Assembly (NCBI GenBank): GCA_965235115.1
Contig: OZ249450.1
Coordinates: 13,888,001 to 13,952,000 of the forward strand
DNA from: Laetmonice hystrix
Lineage: Eukaryota
Direction of reading: 5' to 3'
DNA length: 64,000 nt
Shown: piece after piece, positions 38,611 through 51,532 of the stretch
Position numbering within the stretch: position 1 is the stretch's first letter
Layout of the letters: every line of letters starts with the position of its first letter
Notes under the pieces: model-generated
Told to the model about the DNA's origin: nothing
Seen by the model: the letters and a program-made list of their open reading frames with translations, nothing else
Databases searched by the model: none
Program-made: the position numbers and the translations under genes

Positions 38611-39414
38611 TAGAGTAACACGGGGCAAGACGCCCACCCGGGGTAAAAGGCCCAGTCCCTATATCTGCCATCTGGTGCATAATGCAAACATGTTTGGAAC
38701 ATGATACAGGTCCTGCCATCTGTCGTTTCATTCTTCTGAATTTCCAGGTAGGCGTCATTACACGTTAAAATTTTATGCGCATTTTTTGTATTTTGTGTCT
38801 TTTCTTGTAAAATCGAGGGGTAGAAACATAGTTAACCTGCTCCATAAAGTGCTCAAGTTGTTTCTGAAATGGAATAGATGTATTGTTTTGAATGTTTTCT
38901 TTGAGTTTAGATCAGATTCTGAGGAGAGTAATGGGGTGATAATGAGAGACTCTACGTCATTCGTCATGATATCCTCTGGGGCAAAAAGCCCACAATGTGT
39001 TGGGACCAGTGTGGGCCTTTTGCCTCACTATAGGGGCCTTTTGCCCCAGTGATGGTGTTAAGGACTTGGGATTAATGGTTTTCTCATAATCTATTACTTT
39101 TATATGGTTTTCGGCATAAAAACAACTTTTAACTTATTCGGAAGCGTTATTTTTAAAAAATAGAAGGGTGGGCGTTTTACCCCTGGGAGGTGGGCCTTTT
39201 GCCCCGCGGCGTTGGGGCAAAAGGCCCTTTTTGGAGAAAATCTTTCATTGACTCCCATGAACAGACGTATCATTGTTTCTAAGATTTAATGCATCCGATT
39301 TCTAGGAATAAGCATTCACATTTCCCCTATATGCAATTCAATCAAAAGAAGTGATTATTTAGTGTGCTATGAGCAAAGCTGCTTAAGGTGGGCGTCTTGC
39401 CCCATGTTACTCTA
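38611..39414. mobile_element. Non-autonomous DNA transposon, probably Tc1/mariner-pogo type
   Basis: 28-bp TIR TAGAGTAACA(C/T)GGGGCAAGACGCCCACC with terminal TA. Six internal GGGGCAAAAGGCCC-like subterminal repeats in both orientations. Confidence 0.7.
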
Positions 39415-39423
39415 CCAACGTAG

Positions 39424-40458
39424 CAGGGGCGCCGCTGCCTATTTCAAAGTGGGGGGGGGACAATCTTGGTGTGTTTGACCTTTTCCCCCGAGATTTATGT
39501 ACCATAAGAATTGCAAAATAACAGTGTATTCACCCCCCCCCCCAAGGGGCGGACCCGGGATTTTCTTTGGGGGTGGGGGGGGGGGGTGTCAGAAGGTGCC
39601 ACGCGCCGAAAGGGGGGGCCCCGACTTTGGGAATATAAAAGGCCATCGGTGCTATTTCCCCGACTTCTCAGCATCAAACTAAAGAGCTTTCGGTGCCGAC
39701 CTTTTGCTCAAGATTAATGTATTAATCAGTGAGGGATTAATCAGGGGGCTTGCCTCCCCTTAGATCTTCCTTTTTTGTATGAAGATGTATTATACTATTA
39801 GTATCTACAGTTACAGTGAAATCATGCCGAGCGTAGCGAGGCTAAAAATTATTTTTAGGTGGACGCCACCTGGCCGTTGACATCACAAAAAACAGTATCA
39901 AGCAATATTTATCAGAAGCCAAAAAATTGACGATTAGGCCTAAAACACACTTTTACCAAATAAAATAGAGACCGTCCCCATCCTACTTGCCACTTTCTAT
40001 TCTACCACAATGCCGTGAGGCGCCATGAACGGCAGGAGGGGCGCCATGAAATATATATATATTTTAGGGGGGTCCAGACCCTATGTGACCCCCTCCCCTG
40101 GATCCGCCAGTGTGGTAGGACTAAGGTACACAGGGAAGCTGCAGGGGATCTAGGCCGCGGTTAGGCCCATATTAATTATAGAACAGCAAAGCATAGACGT
40201 ATCTCGTAAACACATGACATAGGCTTAGGCCTGCAAAGGCCAAGATTAAAAATGATGAAAATCTATCTTTAATTTGCCTCCCATGGGCAATTCACCTTAA
40301 AAAGGTATAGGGAGTATAAGAAGACCTGTAGAGTCTAGATCTATCTATTAGGCCTAGCTTCAACTTCAAGGATCCTTTGACCTTTTTAGGTCGCCAGCAA
40401 AAGTGGGGGGGGGGGGGGACATGTCCCCCCCCCGTCCCCCCCGGCAGCGGCGCCCCTG
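39424..40458. mobile_element. hAT-like poly-G element with nested inserts
   Basis: Perfect 16-bp TIR CAGGGGCGCCGCTGCC / GGCAGCGGCGCCCCTG with CGTAG on both flanks. Contains a GCGGA(C/T)CC-family insert. Confidence 0.6.
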
Positions 40459-41485
40459 CGTAGGCCTAGTTCTTTCCAACTGGGATGGCAATAGTAATAA
40501 CTAACTGCCAACGTTATGCATTAGGTAGGCCTACGCCTAGGCCTAGGCCCTATATTGGACCACTTCTATGATATGGCAGAGATCGATCAAGAACTCCTTT
40601 GGAAAATTCCACACTAATATTTCGGCAATTGCTCCTCCGCCATTTGACGAGGGTTACTGAAATTACCCTCGTCCACAGTGCTATGTAGGTCGAGCAAAGA
40701 ACGATGAATCGGCCAAGGCCTCTGTCGGTCTTTAATTAATTATAACAAAGCCCTCTAAGTGACGGCTTTGATTATAAACCGCTAGCCCAGATGGCTGTTA
40801 GGCCTATGACTTTTAGTTTAAAGTTAAAACGATAGACGGCAGCACAGATCGAGGCGCTAACGGCAAACGCAGCACGCTAACCTGTAGTCATTACAGGAAC
40901 CGTGAATTATAATACCAAATCTTATTATATCAACTTTTCCACAGGCTATATATTTATCTCTTCTTTTCGAATCTCAGGCCATGCAATCTCAACGAACTTG
41001 AGTGAGAAACATATCATCGCCATCGGAAGAGTCTTTCCGTGAACTGTCTGTACAATCTCTATTTTACACTTTATCCCACATCTGAGAAGGTGACGTCATC
41101 AATAGTTGAGCACCTGTAGAAGACCGACGGAAGAAGAGGAAGGTGGGCCAGGAAAGTCATTTAAATTTAACACAAGGAATATTTTCGTCCCCAAACCATT
41201 ATTGGAGCGGTGTGTTTTGAGGTGATTACTGTTTTGTATATCTTATTGCATGGTAAGGCATTAGGCTTCAATGCTGACATCACAAATAAGAGAGAAGCCG
41301 TTCTTGTCGCAGGGTCGTTGCCGCCTGTGCGTGCAGGTGCCAGCCAGAGAGCGGGTCTCAGAGGGTCTATTCTACTCGGTCAGTCGGTGTACTTCAGAGA
41401 GTTCAGTAATGTCTGTCTGACTTTAGCAGGGCCAGGGGCGTAGGAAGGCCATGGAAAGTGGGGGGGGGGGGGGAATGGGTGTATA

Positions 41486-42267
41486 CAGGATCCGGCCGCC
41501 AACAGCAAACGGCCGCCAACAGCAAACGGCTGCCAAGTTTATTTATTCCGTTCTCTTTCTGTTTCTCTCTCTCTCTGACTCTTATGCCCGTGATCCACCG
41601 ATGGCGATCGGTTCGCTACTCCTTCGCGATCGGTGGATGCCAGTTGCGAAGGATTTGATCAGAAGATTGGTGACTGGTTGGCGATTATGCATCTCCAATC
41701 GCCAACCAGTCGTGAACGAGTCGCAAAGAGAACACACCTGGTCCATCGCTGGCGACTCGCTAGCCCATCGCGAAACGTGACCTTGACATTGGCATTTAAT
41801 TCACCCGTAACGCACGAGGGGGCTATTGGATGCTGGCGGTCGCGAGTTGAGAACCGCAAAGATCAAACGTGTTAATTGTTGGCAGTTACAGTCGCGAAGC
41901 AGTCGCGAAGCATGATGAACCGCAAAGCCAGTCGCGAAACAGTCGCGGAATCTGATCCACTGAAATTCATTTTAGCGGGTGTTCGTGACTGGGGTCACAT
42001 TTTCTGGGGCTCGGGCGATCGCAAACCAGTCGCCAAGCCCTCGCGAAGCATAATCGCTATTGGTGGATCACGGGCATTAGTCTTACGGTTAAGGTTAAGG
42101 TTTGGCCTAGGGTTAGTGTTAGTAGGGTTAAGTTTAAGGTTAGGCCTAGGGTTAGTGATAGTTGAGTCCCACGGGCGGCTCTGCCGGAGGAGCCGCCGCG
42201 TGGTACGCCCAATCGTCCGTAGGTTATTGCCTCTCGGCGGCCGTTTGCTGTCTGCAGCCGGATCCTG
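41486..42267. mobile_element. Foldback-like element with two nested inverted-repeat pairs and a telomere-like tract
   Basis: Outer arms CAGGATCCGG...ACAGCAAACGGCCGCC (41486 / 42267). Inner arms ATGCCCGTGATCCACC...GCGAT (41584-41608 / 42053-42077). GGTTAG/GGTTAA tract at 42087-42155. Confidence 0.65.
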
Positions 42268-43290
42268 CTGTGACTGGGCAAATGAGTGACGAAGGCGCGA
42301 AGCATACCTGAGGGTGGGGGGGGGGGGGGCGCCTCCCCCCCATTTACAGGGGGGAGGGGGGCCATGGCCTGGTACCCCGGTACGACTGTAGCATAGGACT
42401 AGGAGTCGGTGAGAGTGTAGTCATCCATCTCTACATGAACTAACGTGCCGGACGCCTTTGACGTTTGACTTTGTAAATATCAGTGGATCAGCCGTAGGCC
42501 CCCAACATGACAGAGCTGAGCCTAGATAAAATTGTCTATTGTGATATTTAACATCGTAATAACACCTTTTGGGATTTACAAACAAAGCTGGCTGTATTCA
42601 TAACTAGTAATATGTTAAATCAAAATTCAGTGACCTAGGCATAGTGGAGCGCGCTGCATGTACATAAATACTAGTCAAATCACCACACGGTTCGACCGTT
42701 GCACGGAGAAAGTCAAACCATGACACCTGCTACATGGCCAACACAGGTTTCTGACAGTCACGGTGGAGGCAGCAAGGGTGGCGCGGGCGGCCGGGCTCCG
42801 AGTTGCCATTTGTTTATTGAATCACATGGAATTACCATATTATTTACATGTACCTTGATTTGACATGATTCAACACAGGAAAGAATTGAAAGTCAAACCG
42901 TCACAATCCCTTAAAATGAAGTCAATCCGTCACAGAAAACCGGGTGTGACAGTCCAACGGTGTGACTGGACACTGTATACATCTGGGCACGGTTATTTTC
43001 AGAAACTCTGTCTTAGCTTACCAGATTTCAGCTCCGTCTTACTGCTTACAAAAGCTCCAGCTTAAGTCCAGTTTCAGAGACGTTCTAACCAGTTATCTTA
43101 ACTAAGCCGAGCTCTATAAGCTTGGAAAAACATGGGGTCGCAATCGCGGCAGGACGAAAAATACCAGAAGTACAGCACACCACCCCGTTGTTTGACGTAG
43201 TCGCACACTTGTAAGGATCTGTTGGATATTTGCTGACAATCTTAATTTCATACCAAACAGATGGTTGACATCTTAATAAATTTGTTGTAG

Positions 43291-46200
43291 ATGGCAAACC
43301 CAGCCAACCACCTTCCCCCTGAATATGATGACATGCAACCCAGGGACTATGATCCAGCATACACAGTGGACATCAGCACCAAGATGAGGGTGCCGGATCG
43401 CATTGGGGCAGTCAATGGTCAGAGCAGTCCTGGAGACGAGTACTCATCAGCAATGAGGATGTCAATGAATGTTCCAGACAGACTTCAAGTTCTTGGTCGG
43501 TAGCTTTTTTTTCCTCATCGAATGTTCATTAAAATAAAAAAGCTATGGATTAATAAATGTGTTAAAAAATGTTTTGTCATTAGTCCAGTGCAATGCACTG
43601 TTGTGCAATGCCCCAATAGGCTTCTTCATTGCATTTACATAACTCTGGCCTCTAGTGTGACAGTGATGGTATGCTCAAGTGGAAAATATGCAAATAAAAC
43701 TCATTTGTATTTCCTCTCATTCACAAATATGAATGACACAAGTATGTGTATTGTGGGCTGCAGAACAAGGAAATCACCTGGGGCTCCGTGAAGACCCTCG
43801 TTTTGACAAGGATCCCACTCTGCTAACAGAAAACGTCAATTATGTCAATTTGTCCACACCTCCCCGCGTGCTGAAACTCAATGAAAATGCCCATGTGGTT
43901 GACGACAACCTTCTAGAGATAAAGCAGGCTACAGCGATGAGGGAAGATGCTTTGCGGAATGGATATGTGATTGAAAGACCAAACAGGTATATGCACTTTC
44001 ATGAAAACAACTCCAAACTGACTTTTACTGCCAAATGTTGTGTTTACACTATATATGCAAGCAGATTTATACTGATACCGGTACTCAAATTCTGTGTAGT
44101 GGTTATAAATTTTGTTACCCTGGCCTAGGTTTTCCATACAAACATCTGAGCAGAAAATTATAATTTTGTAGAAACTACAATCCTGGCAGTGACTGAAAGT
44201 TTTTCTTCAAAGGTGGAAAAACAAAAAAAGTTTGGTCACAATGTTCATCATTGCCAGTGCTGTATCAGTGTCAGTCCCTTCCTGTCATTGCATGGTCCCA
44301 AATCTCTATTACCAGTCATCAGTTGATTTGGTAAAAAACCTTCATTTATGTGTCATCAAGGATTTATCACCTTTGGTTTTTATATGTTTCACCATGTCTG
44401 CTTACAGTATTCCAGGGTTGGCCGGTTAAAACCACCCCCAGTTTTAACTGGTGGTTAAAACCGGTTAAAACTCCTGGTCAATACTCCCAAAATGGTCAAT
44501 GCTATTAGTGATCCCATGTGTGATAAAGTAATACGGAAATATATATGTGTCCACAGTGCATGTATAACTTAGTTTGTTTATAGAGAAGAGATGTATGGTC
44601 AGAGATTGAGCCATGCTACATTCCTCTGCATTGAAATCTCTAGCTGGCTTGGTCAGATAGGGCCCCAGGGACTTCTTGTATTGACCAGTAAAAGACGGTT
44701 TTAACCAGTATTGACTATTAGTGTGGTCCAGACTTGTGCAGGCCTCGAATTACACGACGGCATTGACAGCATTTGCCATCGTGCCTTTTCCATTTATCGT
44801 AAATTTGCCGCCGTGCCTTGGAAAAATTTGACATCGATTCTTATGTATCGATGGCAGTTTTTGCTGTGCCCCTTTCAACTTCTAATTTGAGGCCTGCTTG
44901 TGTTTACCTTGTTTTTTCAACCTGGGTTTTCCGACTTTTCGCCTCAGAACAAAACACAGTCTTTGTCCAGAGCAAAGCCTTGGGTACACAGAGAAAGGCA
45001 CTGACTTGTCATCTTTTCACATTCATTTGTTTAGGATATTCATCAGCTTACAGTATTGAAGTGTTTGCACTTGTTCTCTCTGTCTGTATTGAGTTGGTAC
45101 ACTTTCCAATTCCATGCTTTGGTTTCATGTCTGCACTGTCCTCACGCAAACCTCTTTCATAAGATTTGTAGGGGAAGAGGATGAGGAACTACAACTACAA
45201 CTGACACCTAGAACCAGACCAAGGTACTAGATCTTCTCTGAGTTCATGCATTCAATGGTTTCTGTATATTTTAAGTATTTTTTGTTTGTAATGCTGTGGT
45301 ATTACCCCCCCCCCCCCCCGGTAATTTTCCCAGTCTAACCATGGCCATGTATAAACCACAGTCCTTTTTTAGAGCAAAACTCTTAGAAAAAAATAATGAA
45401 TGTTGGACCCCAACCCTCAACCCTATATGAAACATGCTGAAACATGTATCAGTTAGATGCTACCCCAGCTTGGCCAGAGTGTGTACAGTATCTCCAGATG
45501 CCGATGTCACCATCCCATTGTTAATGAGGCTGATGCTTTACTTGAGCTTTGAAAACAATGTGACACACCTTTAAAACAATGGATGGTACGGGGAACACCA
45601 CGGCTTATAGGCCAACTTGGTCTCCAGACGCATATGGCCATGTATATGCCGGAACCCCAATTTATGATTAATTTGAAGAAAATTAGGGTAGTTCTGGCAT
45701 GCATATAATTTCCACATGCCATTTGACAGTACGTACACGTGCATCAATGTATTTAAAACAGGCATGTGGGGCTTTCAATTCGTCAAGATTCCAATCATGA
45801 TCATGACTGGACTATAATATTCTATTTTATTATTGGTATGCTGTACATGAATAGAACAAAGGGTAACTGATGGTTGAACCAAAGAAGTATCCGAGTTGCT
45901 TTTACAGTCCCACCAATGCAGTCCCACTAATCCACACATACATGTAATATTGCAGTACGAATAGAAAATATAAAACAAATTAAAAAAAAAATTAAAGTTA
46001 AAAAAAGACAAGAGCTCTTAGTTAACCTCACCAAATCACCCTTGTGTTCAGATAAAATAACTATTAATTTCGATTTTCTCTACATTACATGTATTGATGT
46101 TTCCAGCTACCATGAGACATTGTGTCAATTTCTTAGGATAATGCATAATGCACAGTTCTGGGCCCGGTTTCTCGAAACATCTCAAGGCGTACTTAAGTAC

Positions 46201-47330
46201 CTTATGCTCAAATTGAGCACAGAGGCGTTTCTCGAAACTTTTTCACGTACTTAAGCATGTGCTTAACGGCCTGATTCTGAGCATGCTACCATAGCATGCT
46301 CAACTCTGAGCACCATCATCTAAAATTAAAATTAACTCGTCTTCCACACTCCAGTTAGCAGCCCTCTTCCTTCCTTTCCTAACTTTGCCCTTCATGAGTG
46401 TCTTTGTGAAATAATAATGCGAAAAAACGACCGCAAAAGTCGGCAGGAACATTTGCAAGTCGTGTATAAAAATACGCGCCAGCAGACAATTGCTCAAACA
46501 ACTTGACGCACTTATTGTTATTGTGACGTAATCTATTGTCACCAGTGACGTCGTTCATTGTCGTCAGTGACGTCGTTCATTGTCATCAGTGACGTAATAG
46601 AATCTTGCATTGTCTAGAGTTGAGAACGGGTTCTCAAGCCTGAGATGCTTGGAGAAACGGCTAAGAACCACTGAGTATGCCATTGAGCACGCCAGTTGAG
46701 CATACGTTCTCAAAAATCCTTCAGATGTTTCGAGAAACCGGGCCCTGGTGTTTTCAACGGCTGGTATTTTTATCAGTACTCTTGAGGAATGGCATGTCAA
46801 ATTTCACCCTATTTACATTGTATATTGATAACCCTGCAGACCTGAGCTCGAGGCATTAACGACTCCTGGTGGTGGATTATTGCTCCAGGACTCAGACGAC
46901 GACCAAGTTGCAATTTTACACAGACAGGTAAACTAACATTTTTTTATTTATTTATTTTATTTTTATTTTTTTTATCGATATAAAACTTAAATTATATAAA
47001 ATATTACAGAAAATCAGTTGGTTAATACTATAAGCTGTTCACAAATTTAAAGGCCAGAGCGTGTAAATGGTTAAATTTTAAAGGGTGATCTGGTAAAGTT
47101 ATTAAAATCAATATATCAAATTTACATTACAAATTAGACAGTTGTCTTGTTATACACATTTGTATTGAAGTAGATCCTCCTGTTTTCTCCAGGTGATGAA
47201 GTTGACACGTCATGTCGTTAACCTGCAGCAGGAGAATGAGCGACGTTCTCAGCGAGAAGTTATCCTCTACCCAGTCATCATCAGCTATGTACTCTTTCAA
47301 ATTGCAAGATGGTTCCTCCGAAACAACTAA
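43291..47330 (+). CDS. MFF: Mitochondrial fission factor (MFF/Tango11) homolog (237 aa)
   Basis: Exons 43291-43495, 43764-43986, 45164-45223, 46840-46927 and 47193-47330 join in frame. Two Drp1-recruiting repeats (MRVPDRI, MNVPDRL), LSTPPRVLKL, a coiled coil (LQQENERRSQREVILY) and a C-terminal tail anchor ending ARWFLRNN. Confidence 0.92.
46161..46744. mobile_element. PIF/Harbinger non-autonomous element in an MFF intron
   Basis: TIR GGCCCGGTTTCTCGAAACATCT / AGATGTTTCGAGAAACCGGGCC, with a 3-bp TSD CTG at 46158-46160 and 46745-46747. Confidence 0.85.
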
Positions 47331-50300
47331 TGCCGACCAAAGACATGTTCCTCTGTAAGGCATTATCCACCAAAAATCCATTAGGCAAAATGCTATTGTA
47401 CATAAAGTTTAAATTTTGTCAGTTCTCTTTCATCAGTATATCAACCAGGTGTAACCTGATATAATATTGTAATTCTCTGTACATAGATCAGTGCCAGTCA
47501 GTGTCACTTTGTTGGAGAGTTAACCTTCCATTTTCTTTAATGTTGATAGTGTTAATTTTGGTTGTCTTTAGTGGAAGCGTCTCCTTAAAAATTATTTTTT
47601 AGTCTTTTTTTTCTTCATGGGGTAATAAAAAGTATCATTGTTACAGTTTTGATACTCTCACCAAATATTGAAAGAGAAAATATTAAGTTAGGACTTTTCA
47701 ATTATAGTGGCATTTTTATTCCCCCATTAATATTTCCTAAAGAAGACGTTATCTGGCAGATGACATTTTGTGCATGCCGATATACACAGCCCGGTGCGGT
47801 TGTCACTGTGACCATTATTATCAATAGTTGATATCCTTTGTTGGTTCATGCAGTGACATCCAAATTTTCACATGGTATTTTAGTTTTCTCTGAAATTCTA
47901 AATTTCTAATAGGTAATTAAATTGGCATTATAGTGTGTTTGTAGATACCATTTCGATCACTTGGCCTTAGTGGATTAAGTGATTTTTATGGATGGCCTTC
48001 CATAAGTATGTTAAGGTCAATAAGATCATGAACTGAAATGGTTGAAAGCTAGGTCTGGCAGGGTTAAGAGGCGTCCCTGGCCCAGTTTGCCAGCAGTGGT
48101 TCTGTGTAGTGGGGAAATTAAATCAAAGGGTAAATTGTACCCGTAAAAGTCGCCTGTGATTGGTAAACTGCAGATTGGGGTTAGGTAGGGGTAGGATGAA
48201 AAACCCTTACTGTAGGAAGTGGCTGATCATGCTCAGGAAAGTTCAAATGGAACTTTATCGGTGCACCGACAAGAAAAAGTTTATATGTCTCTAAAGCATC
48301 TTAAGTTCAAATCAGAACTGCCCCTGTATGTGATTCATTTTTATGTGACGCTACCGGGATGAAATACCTATTGTGAAAAGAAATCAGGCAAATTATTTGG
48401 CTTTTTATTTACACCTGTGCCTATTTTTTACTACTACCTGGGCAATGGCATCTAGTCTGAGCGTGTGTCAGGAGTTAATTAAAATACTATTAAAAATTGA
48501 AGTCTTGTCACACATACCGTTATACGTTTCAACTTGGTTGAAGGCTACAGATGAAAACAAAAAATCAATTTCATTAATAGGAATGTGCAGTAACATAAGA
48601 CATGTATCAGGTAGGTGTGGTATAATTAATTTGCATGATTTTATTTTGACCATATGAAAATTTTGAAAAGTTAAAGTTTGAAGGTTGGTTCAAGACCATG
48701 TTTAACCTTAGAGAGAAATGGTAGGGGAAAAGGGTCATATCAAATGCATGCATCCCGAATGATCTCTCCCCCCTCCCCCCCCAAAAAAGAAGAAAGAAAC
48801 CAATTAACTGAGTATCGATACCCTTTGCATTTTCCTCTGTTGATTCAGTTGCAATAGTGTAAGAATATGTTGGATTAATATTAAAGGACAGTGATGATAT
48901 TATTGTTAAGACGAATAGGTAGCTCCGTTTAAGTTATGAGCAACTTAAGCTCAGCTTTAAATTAATGATCTCATGTTTTTGAGAAACTTGTCCACGCTAG
49001 GATAAGATTGACCTTAGACTAATTAATTAGTCTAAGGTTTGACAGGTAACTGGTAAGTAATGAAACGGGTCGTGTGGTTGAGGTTGTCTGAGCACTGGTG
49101 GTGATGTGTTGTGAACACAAGTCACAAGGAAAGCGGCTGATACGCGTGCTTCATGATAGTGGCGACAAATAATCCACCTTTATAATGTGAGAGCAGAGGC
49201 TCCCGGCGTGCTTTAGAAATCGCGATTTCACAACTGCATATTTACAGGTATGCTGTGCTTTTTTCGACAGAATCAGGCAAAGAATCCACGATCGTTTTTC
49301 CTGGGATCTCATGATTTGTATGTATTTTTTAAAGCTTCACCGGAAGTCTAGATCTTGACATGCTACCTATGCGTGGCAAAGTGAGGCCCATAATCCGCAT
49401 GCCACCCTCCCCCTTTGGACCCGGCTGCTGTCAGCTTGGTGTGCCGGTTGGCAAACTCTGGTCAGGATATCGCCCCACGTTTTGATACCTGAAGTTTTAA
49501 GCCTTTAGGATGGAAGCGCATATTGGCACGGTACCTATGCACCTGGACTTTGTTTTACCCACAGGTTTAACCACAGAATAGATAAGAACCATTACCTGTA
49601 TCACTGTTTGCCACAGCAAATAGAAATTGATGAGATGTTTGATGTTCTGTATTGTCCTCAGACGGCCAATGTACACGTTTGCTGTCGTTACTGGGGACGA
49701 GTGTGAATTGATTACATTATAGAAGAGATTCTGTTTTCCTGTGGTATGGTGAGGTCATCTTGTCAAGTTTCTTTCGGAACAAGATCGTTGGCACAAGGGT
49801 TACGGAGTCTCTTATCTAGCACATGTATGTACGCTGAACCGGGTACATTCTGACTGTGGCCGCTGCGTCAGGCTAACATTTAATAATAAAAACCATTACA
49901 TATGTACGTATCGCAATATAGATACTGTACCCGGTACATGCGCCAAAACCAGCCCTATAACAGAAGTTAAAAGATATAGATGTACAAAAGAATATATTTA
50001 TTGGCTTATGCAGTCATTGGTGGTGTGAATGCACCTTGTAAAATACATTTGTCGATGTCGGGCGTCGGCGGCGGCCTGAACACCAGGGAAGAGAAAGGAA
50101 TGATTGGACAGTGATTAAATGGTGAGGCGTGCTTTGTATGTAATCTCTGTTTATTCATGGAACAAAGAAATGCGCAGGACTTTTTTTAAAAAAATCTGTG
50201 GCAACTTGTGTTTGCATCCACAGTGAAAAGGTCAACAGAACAAATGTTTATAACTAACACATGGTGAATTAGTTGTGCTGATGCAATTCAAGAACTGACG

Positions 50301-50839
50301 TTAGAAAGGGCGCCTTGTGTCTTTGAAGTAATCTATGCACATCCCGACTATCACGGATTGTGGTAACCCGTGATAGTCATGTGTTACTTATTAGAGCTGC
50401 AGATTGAGGACATAGTCATAGGTATGGGTTTAGAAATAGTTTTGTTGAGGGACTTTGTTGGGCGCTTCTGTATAAAGCAGACGCAAAACACAACGCAAGC
50501 CATCTGAATTATGTTCTATGTTGAGTGTGGAAAGGAAAGCGTGGAAGTTTTCATTGGCAAATGCAAGGCTCCTGTTGGTGCTTGATCCCAAAATGCGAAA
50601 CTTGGATAAAACTAAACGAGGTCTGAAAATAAAAGTGTTAATGGTTAAGCAGGTGTGTCCTGGGCCTTTGCATGCATATTTATATATCTTACTTAGTCGT
50701 GACCGTCGCTGCTGAAGAACAGTTCTTTTTAATGTGTTCCAACATTCGGGTGACTGTCAAGAAAACTTACGTGTCAGAGTGAGGTTCGGTATTCCGCGAC
50801 ACCCTGTAGACATTCCGAATCACCGGTAGACTGAGAGGA

Positions 50840-51176
50840 AACACTCCTTCCCATGAGCCTCAGCTTGGCCTCGATTCTCACTGCCACAAGTCTTTTTGGA
50901 GGTTGACCCCCTCCAAGTTCACAATGCCTAAGCATTCATGCTTTATTTGTATTTGAAATGTTTAAGTAACACATAACTATCCTAATAAACCTGCAACAAC
51001 ACAATAGGTTCTATTCAGAGAACATTCTTTATAATTTATTGTAGGGACTATTTTATTATCAGGTGTGAGCAGGTCGCGTTCCGCGTTTCCTACAAACTGT
51101 TGGTGTGGTGCAAGTAGTCCGGCAGTTTGTGGCAGTAAGAGTCGACAGAAACAAGAGGCTCATGGGAAGGAGTTTG
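50840..51176. mobile_element. MITE with 9-bp TSD (Mutator/MULE-like)
   Basis: Perfect 19-bp inverted repeat ACTCCTTCCCATGAGCCTC (50843-50861 / 51155-51173) and a second paired block (~50870-50889 / ~51126-51145). Direct repeat CTGAGAGGA at 50831-50839 and 51177-51185. Confidence 0.7.
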
Positions 51177-51493
51177 CTGAGAGGAGTGGGACGAAGATCA
51201 CGTGATGCTCCAGCACGTGAATTCATTATGTCACTCTGGAGGTATTATTGCCATCCATGTGTAAATAAAAATACTTCTATACAGTCGGATATTATTTTGG
51301 TATGTCCTTTATCACTCCTTTAGCGTTTTTTTAGACAGCGTTTACTATATTGTCCCAATCCTGCTATCTTGACTTGAGCAAATATTTCTAACGTGATTGC
51401 TTACATCTAGTCTAGAGATCTATTCTGACATGTACATCAGAGGTTTAGACAAAACTTTTGGATGGATGTTAATTTGATGTCAATCAGTAGTTT

Positions 51494-51495
51494 GG

Positions 51496-51530
<35 letters not shown>

Positions 51531-51532
51531 TG
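51494..51532. repeat. (GT)n microsatellite
   Basis: About 19 GT units with one interruption, followed by poly-G. Confidence 0.9.

Noticed and set aside
42087-42155. Interstitial telomere (also ~17995-18045)
   Set aside because: Short and highly degenerate, and embedded in a TIR element, so more likely TE-internal repeats.
41451-42365. Several 66-137 aa ORFs on both strands
   Set aside because: They arise from the GC-rich inverted-repeat element and show no coherent coding signal.
45498-45555. Possible extra MFF exon after a TCTCCAG acceptor
   Set aside because: The compatible phase reaches TGA after ~18 codons with no good donor, and the flanking exons join in frame without it. At most a poison exon.
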